In this document: in pieces, positions 10,068 through 19,900 of the stretch
Numbering within the stretch: the first letter of the stretch is position 1
Layout: every line of letters begins with the position of its first letter
Source: an uncultured bacterium
Lineage (GTDB): Bacteria > UBP4 > UBA4092
Length of the DNA: 64,000 bases
Direction: 5' to 3'
NCBI GenBank assembly: GCA_964644695.1
Contig: CAZXWN010000002.1
Location: 186,001 to 250,000, forward strand
Program-made: the position numbers and the translations under genes
The notes under the pieces: generated by a model
What the model was told of the DNA's origin: nothing
Seen by the model: the letters and a program-made list of their open reading frames with translations, nothing else
The model's database searches: none

Positions 10068-10757
10068 ATGAATAATAAACGGTTTTTGGGAACAGGATTG
10101 CCGGGAGTGGATATCTCCAAATTAACAGGTAAACTGGTGGTCATTGAAGGTGCCGATGGGTCAGGTCGTTCAACACAAATTGAACTCTTGAAAAACTGGC
10201 TGGAGCGGCAGGGGCATGCCACCGTGGATGTCGGATTGGTCCGGTCCACCCTGGTATCAGAGGAACTGGCGAAAGCCAAAGAAGGGAATATCCTCGGCCA
10301 TCAGACGATGAGTCTGTTTTATGCTACGGATTATGCAGATCAGTTGGAAAATACGATTATTCCAGCTCTCCGGTCCGGATTTATTGTGTTGGCTGACCGG
10401 TATATTTATACTTTGATGGCTCGGGATGTTGTTCGGGGAATAGACCGAAATTGGGTTGAGTCTCTGTATGGGATAGCCATTGTTCCTGATGCGGTGTTTT
10501 ACCTCAAAGTTAATCCACAGATATTGATTGAACGAGCTTTCATGAAAAATCAGACGTTGGATTACTGGGAATCCGGAATGGATATCGGGTTATCCCAAAA
10601 TATGTTTGACAGCTTTGTAAAATATCAGAACTTGATGCAGAAAGAATTTATGAGGATGTCTGATAAATACGGGTTCCGAATTATTAATGGGAACCGGTCT
10701 CCACGCGTCATTAGTCAAGATTTGGAACGGCAATTCCAATCAATACTGGAGGGTTAA
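10068..10757 (+). CDS. Thymidylate-kinase-like protein, degenerate P-loop (candidate regulatory subunit)
   Basis: EGADGSGRSTQ (K to R), LADRY, ESGMDIG; paralogue of upstream gene. Confidence 0.8.
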   Translation: MNNKRFLGTGLPGVDISKLTGKLVVIEGADGSGRSTQIELLKNWLERQGHATVDVGLVRSTLVSEELAKAKEGNILGHQTMSLFYATDYADQLENTIIPALRSGFIVLADRYIYTLMARDVVRGIDRNWVESLYGIAIVPDAVFYLKVNPQILIERAFMKNQTLDYWESGMDIGLSQNMFDSFVKYQNLMQKEFMRMSDKYGFRIINGNRSPRVISQDLERQFQSILEG

Positions 10758-10761
10758 TCTT

Positions 10762-11130
10762 ATGGTGAAAACAAAAAAGCCAGAGGACAAAAAGACCGAG
10801 AAGGCAAAGAAACAATCCGATCCCAATAATGGGGTTTCCAAGGTTCGGAGTGATACTCTCCAAAGTTTGAAAAATTTACGAGTCCTGGTCCATGAAGTTT
10901 CTGAAAACTGGTCCAACCGGGTTCAGGCGGATTTAGCCGCATTGATCGAGGATTTGGAAAACTTCCCTGAACTGAGGATGTCTAAAACGGATGTCCAGAT
11001 TCTACGTAAGGTGATAGAAACGGCTGAATTAAAAGATTTGAAGCCGGAGAAAGGTCGTCCCAGGGATATTCGAGCACTCAATGAACAGGTAAAACTGATT
11101 CGTCAGATTTTTGAGAAATTGGATAAGTAA
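10762..11130 (+). CDS. Hypothetical small helical protein in tmk-tmk-CHAD cluster
   Basis: ORF from ATG 10762 with GGAGGG upstream; ..LKPEKGRPRDI.. C-terminus. Confidence 0.65.
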   Translation: MVKTKKPEDKKTEKAKKQSDPNNGVSKVRSDTLQSLKNLRVLVHEVSENWSNRVQADLAALIEDLENFPELRMSKTDVQILRKVIETAELKDLKPEKGRPRDIRALNEQVKLIRQIFEKLDK

Positions 11131-11170
11131 CTCAGGCCGGAATCCGTCAATTCTTTATGGAGGTTTCGTA

Positions 11171-12085
11171 ATGAATAATCCAGCGGATGTTTTTGCCCAT
11201 TTACGAGAACTTAGCCGGGTTCGGTGGGAACGGTTTGAACATGAATTTGCCCGGACTCGGAAGAAAATCAATGCAGAACAAGTTCATGATTTACGGGTAT
11301 CCATTCGGAGATTGAGAGCTGTTATCCGCCTGAAAGATTCATTATTCCCAGATAAAAACATACCTAAACTGACTCATCCTCTCAGGAAATTAATGACCCC
11401 TCTGGGCGATTATCGGGATACCCAAATTCAATTAGGTTATCTGGAGCAGATAAAGAGTCCCCTTCCATATGGTCTTCAGCTTTATCGGCATAGATTACAA
11501 AAAGATTCTGAATCGTATAAACAGAAAATAAATACACTATTATCTGAATTTGATATTACTGGTTACCAGAAAAAGATACACAAGGATATACTCCCATGGA
11601 AACTTCCACCTGCCATGCTTCATAAGCAAGATTCGAATTCCTGGCCTGATTGGCAGGATGTACTAAAGGTTTCTCTGGAAAAAATAAGGAAACATGAGGC
11701 GGATCTCTTTCGGGAGGGTGGATTGAAGGACTTTCATCAAATGCGGATATCACTGAAACAATTCCGTTATTTATGTGAGTTGCTTCAGGGGCTTACCCCA
11801 GTGGTGACTGTGGAGCGAATTAAAGAACTGGCTTCTTTACAGACCTTGATGGGAGATATCCATGATCAGGATGTCCTTGCCTTAGGTTGTTTGAAGTTTA
11901 GCCAGACATTGTATCCCAATCATTCCGGGTATCAGGATATTGCTACACTCGTCAATCGAATCAAGGAAAGTCGTAGAAAGAGAATGTCCCGATTGAAAAA
12001 GGAGCTTGATAGTTTTGGTGAAAGTTATAGGGTGCTACAACCCTCGGTGAATCATAATACGAACTCATCAGGAAAGAATTCCTGA
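11171..12085 (+). CDS. CHAD domain protein (polyphosphate-binding family)
   Basis: VHDLRVSIRRLRA, LGDYRD, FHQMRISLKQFRY, LQTLMGDIHD; GGAGG RBS before 11171. Confidence 0.88.
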   Translation: MNNPADVFAHLRELSRVRWERFEHEFARTRKKINAEQVHDLRVSIRRLRAVIRLKDSLFPDKNIPKLTHPLRKLMTPLGDYRDTQIQLGYLEQIKSPLPYGLQLYRHRLQKDSESYKQKINTLLSEFDITGYQKKIHKDILPWKLPPAMLHKQDSNSWPDWQDVLKVSLEKIRKHEADLFREGGLKDFHQMRISLKQFRYLCELLQGLTPVVTVERIKELASLQTLMGDIHDQDVLALGCLKFSQTLYPNHSGYQDIATLVNRIKESRRKRMSRLKKELDSFGESYRVLQPSVNHNTNSSGKNS

Positions 12086-13047
12086 TAGGCAATTCCCGCA
12101 GCTCCAATGGCACCCGCATCATTACCCAGAATGGCAGGGACCAGTTTCACGCGTTGTGCTGAAATTGGATAGGCTCGCCGGTCAATTTCCTCCCGAACAG
12201 GATTAAACAGAAAATCTCCCGCGCCGATTACCCCACCAAATAGAATGATGAGCTCTGGATTAAGCAGATTTACCAGGCCGGCAGCTGTAATACCGATGTA
12301 ATAACCGGTTTCCCGGAACACTTCAATAGCAAATGAATCGCCCAATAAACAGGCTTCATGCAACATTTTTGATGTGATTTTATCAATATCTCCCTGGCAT
12401 AGGTCCATGACCTTACTGGATGCGCCTGCCTTAAGGGAATCCTTTGCCCGGTTGACCAGTCCTGTTGCAGAGGCATACAGTTCCAGACATCCTTTTCCTC
12501 CACAATTACAGGCAGGTCCTTCTGGGAATACAGGCATATGTCCCAGTTCCCCGGCATTATCATCGGGTCCCCGGAGCAGTTTGCCATCAAATATCAGTCC
12601 CCCTCCAACTCCAGTTCCCAGAGTAATTACAATAATATTCTGGAAGCCTTGACCTGCTCCCTTCCAATACTCTCCAAAGGCTGCTGCATTGGCGTCATTA
12701 TCCAGATAGACCTTTGATGTGAAACTGGCTTGTACTTTATCTCTTAAAGGGACATTGACCCACCCATTAAGATTGGGAGCGTCGATAACAATTCCTGTTT
12801 TTGTTGATAAAGGTCCTGGTGAACCTATTCCGATACCATCAAGATTTTTGTCATTTATATTATGGAGGTGACAGACTTCTCTTACGGAATGAACAATCCG
12901 TTCAACTACGGCATCTACTCCCAGGATTGACTCTGTCAGGCATTTTGTTCGGGACAGAACAATTCCAGATTCATTAACCAATACGGTACTGATGGTGGTG
13001 CCACCTAAATCGACACCTGCAAAAAGTCGGGAAGGTTTGTTTTTCAT
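12052..13047 (-). CDS. glk: ROK-family glucokinase
   Basis: GVDLGGT, DNDANAAAFGE, TLGTGVGGG, GELGH, CNCGGKGCLE. Confidence 0.85.
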   Translation of the reverse strand: MKNKPSRLFAGVDLGGTTISTVLVNESGIVLSRTKCLTESILGVDAVVERIVHSVREVCHLHNINDKNLDGIGIGSPGPLSTKTGIVIDAPNLNGWVNVPLRDKVQASFTSKVYLDNDANAAAFGEYWKGAGQGFQNIIVITLGTGVGGGLIFDGKLLRGPDDNAGELGHMPVFPEGPACNCGGKGCLELYASATGLVNRAKDSLKAGASSKVMDLCQGDIDKITSKMLHEACLLGDSFAIEVFRETGYYIGITAAGLVNLLNPELIILFGGVIGAGDFLFNPVREEIDRRAYPISAQRVKLVPAILGNDAGAIGAAGIAYQEFFPDEFVL

Positions 13048-13321
13048 GAAATCTCCTGAAAATCCAGTATTTCAGGGCTTAATACTGCGTATTTTTAAAA
13101 ATCTTATCATAATCAAATAAGCTAAACAGGTCTGTTTTATAGGATGTTTTGCATTATTAGAAATAATAAGTGGTTTATTTTATGAATAAGGTTAAACAAT
13201 CTCCAACTGCCAAAATTTTGCAATCTAACCTTGAAAGAGGTTGTAAATGATTGCTTTATGGTATATTTTGAGATAGTAAAGTGATAATTATAGAGCCAAA
13301 ATAAGGATAAACTATTTTTTT

Positions 13322-15448
13322 ATGACTCTGACTGGACCAATTGATATTGATCTAGAGATTCAGGAACTTATTAACTCTACCTTACGGGCTCAGAGGTTCT
13401 TTTGGTTTTATCCTGATCAGCATCCTGCCTGTGAACAGGTTATTAAGACTGTTAAAGTTCACTTTGATCGGTTGATTTTGGAAGGCCCTGTAATTTTTAA
13501 TGTCACCCGGAACACGCTTTCCCTTGGTGCACTCCCGTTAGACACTCACAAACGAACGAATATGGAATTTTGCCGGATGTTATATAAACGCCGGATACAA
13601 TCAATGACTTTGGAACGCGAACTTGATTTTCGTGAGCTAGGTCAGATTGTAAGAATCCTGTCCCTGGATCCCAAAAGAATCAGGCAAAAGGGCGGTATTA
13701 ACAACCTTTTAAAGGAATTGAATGTTATCCATGTCCATGTTGCTGAGTATTATTTTGATACATCTGAGGATACTCGTTCGGGTGGACAAAATGAAGGACC
13801 CGATTTACTGGCCGGTATTACCGAAGAACAAATTGAACGGTTTAAGGCTTTTTTACGGGGGGATATTCGAGAATTAACTTCTGATGAAGAAGAGGTCTTT
13901 CTGGAATATATTCAAAATGGGGATCGCACCTTTGAACTAATACAACAAGCAGTCCATAAGCCTGAAAGCACCGTTGCAAACATTCAATATGAGCGCGAAA
14001 TCCGTAAAGCACTGGATCGTTTACGGAAATGGTTGGATAAATACCCTCCTGAGATTAAATTTCGTGAGTTACGAAGAATTGGTCTGGTCCTATTGAAACA
14101 ATCACGGGATTTTCGAGCAGGAGTATTTACTTCTCCTTCAGGATTGGATCCAGATGAACAGAAAACGATTCATGATATTTTTGAGTCTGTTCCCGACGAT
14201 GATATTGTTAAATCGTTGGTGAAAGATATTACTGAATCGGATATGCCCGATGATGTGAAATCCATTATCAGCCGTTTATATTTAGAGCCAGTCCGTGAAG
14301 CTCAGATTATTGAAAAATTCAATCAGATGCTTCATCAACGTGCTACCCAGATGGATGAAAGTAAGCGGATGGAAGGTTTTAGAGAACGGCTGGCAGAATA
14401 TACCAGGCCCAGAATTATGGGGGATTGTGTAGATATCCTGCTGGAGCTGTTGGAACGAGAAACTGAGCCTACACCTCGTTTAAATTTACTGCGGTCTTTT
14501 GAAAATGCACTGCCGGAAATGGTCTCCTGTCAGCAAATAGCAGCTGCGGATGAAATTGTTCTTGTACTGGCAGATATTGCTACGGGTAAGATGAAGGTAG
14601 ATACCGCTGCTGTAGAAGCTGCACAAAAGATATTAGAACGATTATCCTCCGGTGTATTTATGGATGAAGTAAAGAAACAGTTGCAAGAACCAAAACCGGG
14701 GCAGGAAGATGTTTTAATACAATTACTGGGTCGGCTAGGTGGAAATGCGGTCACCCGATTGATTCAAACTGTATCTGAGTCCGATAATCCGAAAGAATAT
14801 GAAAAATATTGCGTTATGATTCAGCGAATCGGCCCTTCGATAATTCCTGAGTTAATAAACCAGTTAGCTAAAACTACCGGTGTCCATGGGAAAAAATGGC
14901 TGACTATTCTTGGAAATATCCAGCATGAAGAAGTTGCTCACCAGATACGTCGTTCATTTAGTCTTATTTCTGATGAATTTAAGGCTCAAACAATCATTCT
15001 TGCCGGTAATTATCCTGTCAAAGAAAATCAAAAATGGCTTATGGAATTATGGGAAAAGAACGGGACATATGAGATTCGAATGCCCATATTGGAAGCATTA
15101 GGTAAGATGGGGGACCCCGAATCGGTAGAGTTCATTATGAGCCTTGCCTCTCGTTCTTATATTTCCGGGGACCGGGGCCAGGGATTGCAAATCAAGGCTA
15201 TTCAACTTCTAGGAAAATTAGATCAACCGATTGTAGTGCCTGTATTGGAAAAGATTCTTCTGAAGTGGTCTTTAGTTAATTCAAAATCCAAAAATCAATT
15301 AAGGATGTCCGCAGCACAGTCTCTTTCCAAAATGACTGTCCCTTCGGCAAAAGATGTAATAGATAAAGGGTTAAAAGATTACCGGAAGAGTATTCGGAGA
15401 ATATGTGAAAATATTCAAGCTTTTGAAACAAAGGGAGAAAATAACTAA
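13322..15448 (+). CDS. HEAT-repeat (PBS-lyase-like) protein
   Basis: C-terminal HEAT-like repeats (ILEALGKMGDPES, AIQLLGKLDQP, LRMSAAQSLS); N-terminal YPxxHP domain. Confidence 0.7.
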   Translation: MTLTGPIDIDLEIQELINSTLRAQRFFWFYPDQHPACEQVIKTVKVHFDRLILEGPVIFNVTRNTLSLGALPLDTHKRTNMEFCRMLYKRRIQSMTLERELDFRELGQIVRILSLDPKRIRQKGGINNLLKELNVIHVHVAEYYFDTSEDTRSGGQNEGPDLLAGITEEQIERFKAFLRGDIRELTSDEEEVFLEYIQNGDRTFELIQQAVHKPESTVANIQYEREIRKALDRLRKWLDKYPPEIKFRELRRIGLVLLKQSRDFRAGVFTSPSGLDPDEQKTIHDIFESVPDDDIVKSLVKDITESDMPDDVKSIISRLYLEPVREAQIIEKFNQMLHQRATQMDESKRMEGFRERLAEYTRPRIMGDCVDILLELLERETEPTPRLNLLRSFENALPEMVSCQQIAAADEIVLVLADIATGKMKVDTAAVEAAQKILERLSSGVFMDEVKKQLQEPKPGQEDVLIQLLGRLGGNAVTRLIQTVSESDNPKEYEKYCVMIQRIGPSIIPELINQLAKTTGVHGKKWLTILGNIQHEEVAHQIRRSFSLISDEFKAQTIILAGNYPVKENQKWLMELWEKNGTYEIRMPILEALGKMGDPESVEFIMSLASRSYISGDRGQGLQIKAIQLLGKLDQPIVVPVLEKILLKWSLVNSKSKNQLRMSAAQSLSKMTVPSAKDVIDKGLKDYRKSIRRICENIQAFETKGENN

Positions 15449-16902
15449 TGCCTCCTTTTGATGATACAAATAAACCGAACATCCCGTTTTTACCCGATGA
15501 GGATGATAATAACAGTCTTGTAAGTTCTGATGTTATGAAGACAGTGGAAGAAATTGTTACTCAGCTGAACTTTTGTTTGAGTGGGACATTGATTTATCCA
15601 CTAGCCCATCCAGCCGTTAATAAGGCTGTTTCCGGTACGATGGAAGTTCTGACACCTTTCATTGGAAATCACACAAATCTTATTTTGAATTTTGTGAATG
15701 AAGAAGTTTTATTTCGGGGTGAATCTGTCCTGGATGGAAGCCACCTGGCCCAGCAATTTTATAAATTATTTCATGAGCGTGAAGTCTTTGGATTAGTTAT
15801 TAACCGTGGATTGGTTGCTGAAGAATTAAAAGGATTGATTGCAATATTCCGGGAAGGGTCTCGAGATGATAAGCCTACTCTTGAAGCTCTTATTCCCATG
15901 ATGAATAATCGCAATATAACCCATATTACTTTGCAAGCCCCACCCCGCAATAAATCAATGCAAAGTGGTTCTCGCTTTGAAATTGCCAGAACCATATATG
16001 AAAAGGGTAGCCGGTTATTAGAATCCTCTACAATGGACTCGGTAGATTCTAAACGGTTTGATGTCCAGTCTGTCAGGCCAGTAGTTCAGGAATTAATTGA
16101 TTCTCTTATGGAAGATGAATCTGCCTTGTTAGCGGTTACTTCGTTAAAGAATTTTGATAACTATTTATATAACCATTGCATGAATGTATGTGTTTTATCA
16201 TTGTGTTTTGCCATGTATTTGAAACTTGAGCATCATTGGCTGATGGAAATCGGCATTGGGGCATTACTACATGATATTGGTAAAATCCGTCTTCCGATGG
16301 ATATTCTCCACAAACCATCACCATTAACCGAGTCTGAATGGAAGTTGATGCGGCAACATCCGGTTGAGGGTGCCCGAATGATCATGCACTCCCGGTATTG
16401 TACTGAATTACCGATGATGATTGTCTTCGGACATCACTGGCGTCCTGGAGCTGATGGGTATCCCGTAACAAAACGGAATATACATCTGCATCCCATTGTG
16501 GCCATGGTATCTGTCTGTGATTGTTATGATGCTATGACAACCTCACGGCCATATGGAAGAGTATATTTACCTAGTGGTGCTTTGACAACGATTAAACAGA
16601 CTTCTGGGACTCAATATGATCCAGAGATAATTAGCTTTTTTGAGAAAATGTTGGGTCCATATCCTATTGGATCTCTGGTTAAATTAGATACGGGAGATAT
16701 TGGAATTGTGTTACGTCATAATCAGGAAGATGTTCACCGTCCCCATGTGAAAATTATGCAAGATGCCAATGGGAACTTACTGACAGATATCGTGATTCAT
16801 GACTTAACAGAGAAAGATGACGATGAAACACAATATCTCCGTTCTATTGTATCGTCTGTTGATCCTGCGACAGTATCCTTCAATGTGTGGGAGTGTCTCT
16901 AA
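15448..16902 (+). CDS. HD-GYP domain protein (putative c-di-GMP phosphodiesterase)
   Basis: LHDIGK, HHWRPGADGYP, DCYDAMTTSRPY; C-terminal YPIGSLVKLDTGDIGIV extension. Confidence 0.85.
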   Translation: MPPFDDTNKPNIPFLPDEDDNNSLVSSDVMKTVEEIVTQLNFCLSGTLIYPLAHPAVNKAVSGTMEVLTPFIGNHTNLILNFVNEEVLFRGESVLDGSHLAQQFYKLFHEREVFGLVINRGLVAEELKGLIAIFREGSRDDKPTLEALIPMMNNRNITHITLQAPPRNKSMQSGSRFEIARTIYEKGSRLLESSTMDSVDSKRFDVQSVRPVVQELIDSLMEDESALLAVTSLKNFDNYLYNHCMNVCVLSLCFAMYLKLEHHWLMEIGIGALLHDIGKIRLPMDILHKPSPLTESEWKLMRQHPVEGARMIMHSRYCTELPMMIVFGHHWRPGADGYPVTKRNIHLHPIVAMVSVCDCYDAMTTSRPYGRVYLPSGALTTIKQTSGTQYDPEIISFFEKMLGPYPIGSLVKLDTGDIGIVLRHNQEDVHRPHVKIMQDANGNLLTDIVIHDLTEKDDDETQYLRSIVSSVDPATVSFNVWECL

Positions 16903-16921
16903 CTGATATGGATTTACCAGA

Positions 16922-19900
16922 ATGAAGAAATGGATTCGTGAGTTTATCGTTAAAATTAAACCTTGGAAAACATGGCCCCGGCGACATAGGGCTTTAATTG
17001 TTTTACCCTTGTTATTTTTAGCCCTCTTTTTGAGTGGGTATGTAATTATTAAAAATTCATCGGTTCAGTCCTATCTTAAAAAAGAGATTATTACTGCCGT
17101 TGAAAAAGATATGGATGCTTCCCTTAAAATTGGGGAGATTGATGGAAATCCTTTTTCATATCTCCGATTAAAACAGATTGATTTACAAGGCCCCTATAAA
17201 TCAGAAGAACCCAAAAATCACATTAAAGCCAGCGAAGTTTTTGTTCGTTTTAGCCTGTGGCAACTATTGAAGGGTCGCGTTGGTTTTTCCCGTGTTTATA
17301 TCAAATCACCGGAAGTTTATCTCGATACAAAAGTACTTTTGTCACATAAGACCGTGAATAAGAAAAAGGGAAGTTTTGAATTGGGATGGCTTGATATTTA
17401 TCAGGGGAATGTTACCTTGGTTTACCTCGATAAGGCTTACGATATTCAAAATGCTGTTTTACAGGGAAGCTTATCTGTCAGTACCTCCGCTACTGTAGTC
17501 AAACTTCGTAATTTCGACGGAACTGTGGAAGGTTTAAAGATTGACCGTATTCGAGGCCGAGTGAGCTTTTCACCTAACCGTTTGGAGGTCAATTCTCTTC
17601 AGATTCAGGGGAAAGATATTCGCCTGGATGTAAATGCTTTAATGCGCATGGATCCCAATAGTCCTCCATATCTCATTCTTCAGGCTGAATCACCCAAACT
17701 ACCTGTGGACAAAATATTTGATTTTATTCCAAAAACATCTACTCCTGCAGCAAAAGGAACTGCTCGGTTCAAGGTGAAATTGTCTGGACAGTTGGACAGG
17801 CTTGTGGGTGAGGGTGAAATATCTTCACTTAAAGGTGAACTGGGTGGGATGCCTTACAGTAAGTTGAATGCTCATTTCTCAGTCAACACCAGTCATATCG
17901 AAATTGATAAAGCTTCTATTCAAATATTAAAAGGAATGATAAACGCTCAGGCTGAAGCCCATATTATTATAGATGATGCGCAAGCCAAAAACGATAATTC
18001 CAGTGCTTTATCCAGACTCAATATCCCCTTTGTCTTAAAAGTAGGATTAGGTGATATTGATTTAACCCAGATTCCTAAAATAGACCCCACTATGTCTGGA
18101 AATCTGTCTGGTAATGTGAAGTTGGAAGGGGCATTGACTCGGGTATCTACATGGCGAGGTAATGGAAGTTTTAAATGGGCAAAAGGTACTTATCGGGGTG
18201 TCCAAAATATGGCTGGCCGGGCTGATTTGAGTTTGGTCGAAGATAACCTTTATTTTAAGAACGTATTATTTACATCACCGGGTATGGATTGTAAGGGAAA
18301 TATTGATGTTTTGCGAGTGGCAAAAAAGAATTCCCGCTTGGAGTTCAAATTCGACTTTACAACACAGGACTTTAATAATCAAAAGACAATTCTTCATTTT
18401 AATAATGTTTCAGGAGCTGTTAAGGGAACTCTGCATGGGGTCAGTGACCAGTGGAGACCTCTTTTAGTAGATGGTAAATTTCAGGTAGGTCGAGGCAGGT
18501 TTGAGTCATTAAAGTTTTCCAGTGCTGAAGGAATTATACATGCAGATCGAAAGCTTGATATATCTGGGCAGAATATTATGTGGTTGGATCAGTGGCCCAT
18601 TGCCTCTGCCAAAGTAAATATACAGATGTTGGCTGATGAAAAGGGCCGAATTTATGGGATGCAGTTTATTTCTATTGATGGACAAAATGGTCAGACACAA
18701 GTAAAGGGAAAAGGGACCGTAGATTTTAGAAATCAGAAAATGCTATTTGGATATACGGGTGTGAATGGTCGATTAGAAGACTTGCCTGTGATCCAAGGAT
18801 TTATTCCCATGTTTGGCGGCCGACTGAATGTAGATGGAACTGTTACTGGGTGGGGAAATAAAGTGGTTGTAAGCAACAAATATACATTAACCAATCCTAC
18901 TGTCTGGAAAAATGGTGTTCCTGAAGCATTTAAAGGGGATGTTGTTGTTGCAGGGCCTCTTGTTTCCTATACGGTTACAGGTTCCGGTTTTGATGTTCGG
19001 GGAACTGTTGAGAATAGAAAACCTGAGTCTACGATGAATATGACGGCAATATTAAAAAATGCTCGATGGAACTCTCCTGAAGGAAAAGGTATTGAGGGGA
19101 ATGTTAATGGTAATATTCAGGTAAATGGAAGACTGTCTTCTTTGCAGTTGCGTGGACAACTCGATAATTCGAATCTGAGAATTTCAGAGGCCGTTCCTGT
19201 ACATGTTACTCAGGGAACCCTGCAAGGATCTTTACTGGATACTTTTAAACGTGGCATGGTGGACTGTCAGATTGGCAGTGTTCATTCAAAAGCATTGAGC
19301 CGAAATTGGAACTTTCCAGAAATGAATGTGGGATTTCAATGGAACAATCCTCATGCAGTCGATATTCAAGTTGACGCTGACAGTGGTGCCATAGAAAAAG
19401 ATCAATTATCTCGATTTAAGATGGACATGACTTACCAGTTTGATCGTGAATATCTAGAGTTCAAGGATATCCGGACAGGTATTGGTTCTCAAGGAGCTTT
19501 TGACCTTAAAGGTTATCTTGATTTAAAGAGTAAAACATCTTTATTCAGGGCAAATATGGTTGGTCGGAAATTCCCAATAGAACAGATATGGAAGTTTTGG
19601 GATGAAAACCCTCCTATTGGTGGTTTGAGTGATTTTGATGTGAGATGGACTAGCCAGGGATTTGACATGGGTAATGCCTCGTTTGAGGGAACTTTGGGTG
19701 CCAGTAATTTGTCGATTGTAACGCAACCTGGTTGGAGTAATGCTATAAATTTGAAAGGTATTGACCGATTTGATGTAAATATAAATGGGACGAATGGGCT
19801 TGTTAAGCTACAGAATGGAAAGGCTCGCATAGCAGGTACTGATCTTACTATTAATGGAACGTTGGAATCAGGAAAGCCCATGAATCTCAAAATTAAAGGT

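Noticed and set aside
12052-13047. ROK kinase as polyphosphate glucokinase of the CHAD cluster
   Set aside because: Opposite strand and keeps the CxCGxxGCxE Zn motif typical of ATP-dependent ROK glucokinases.
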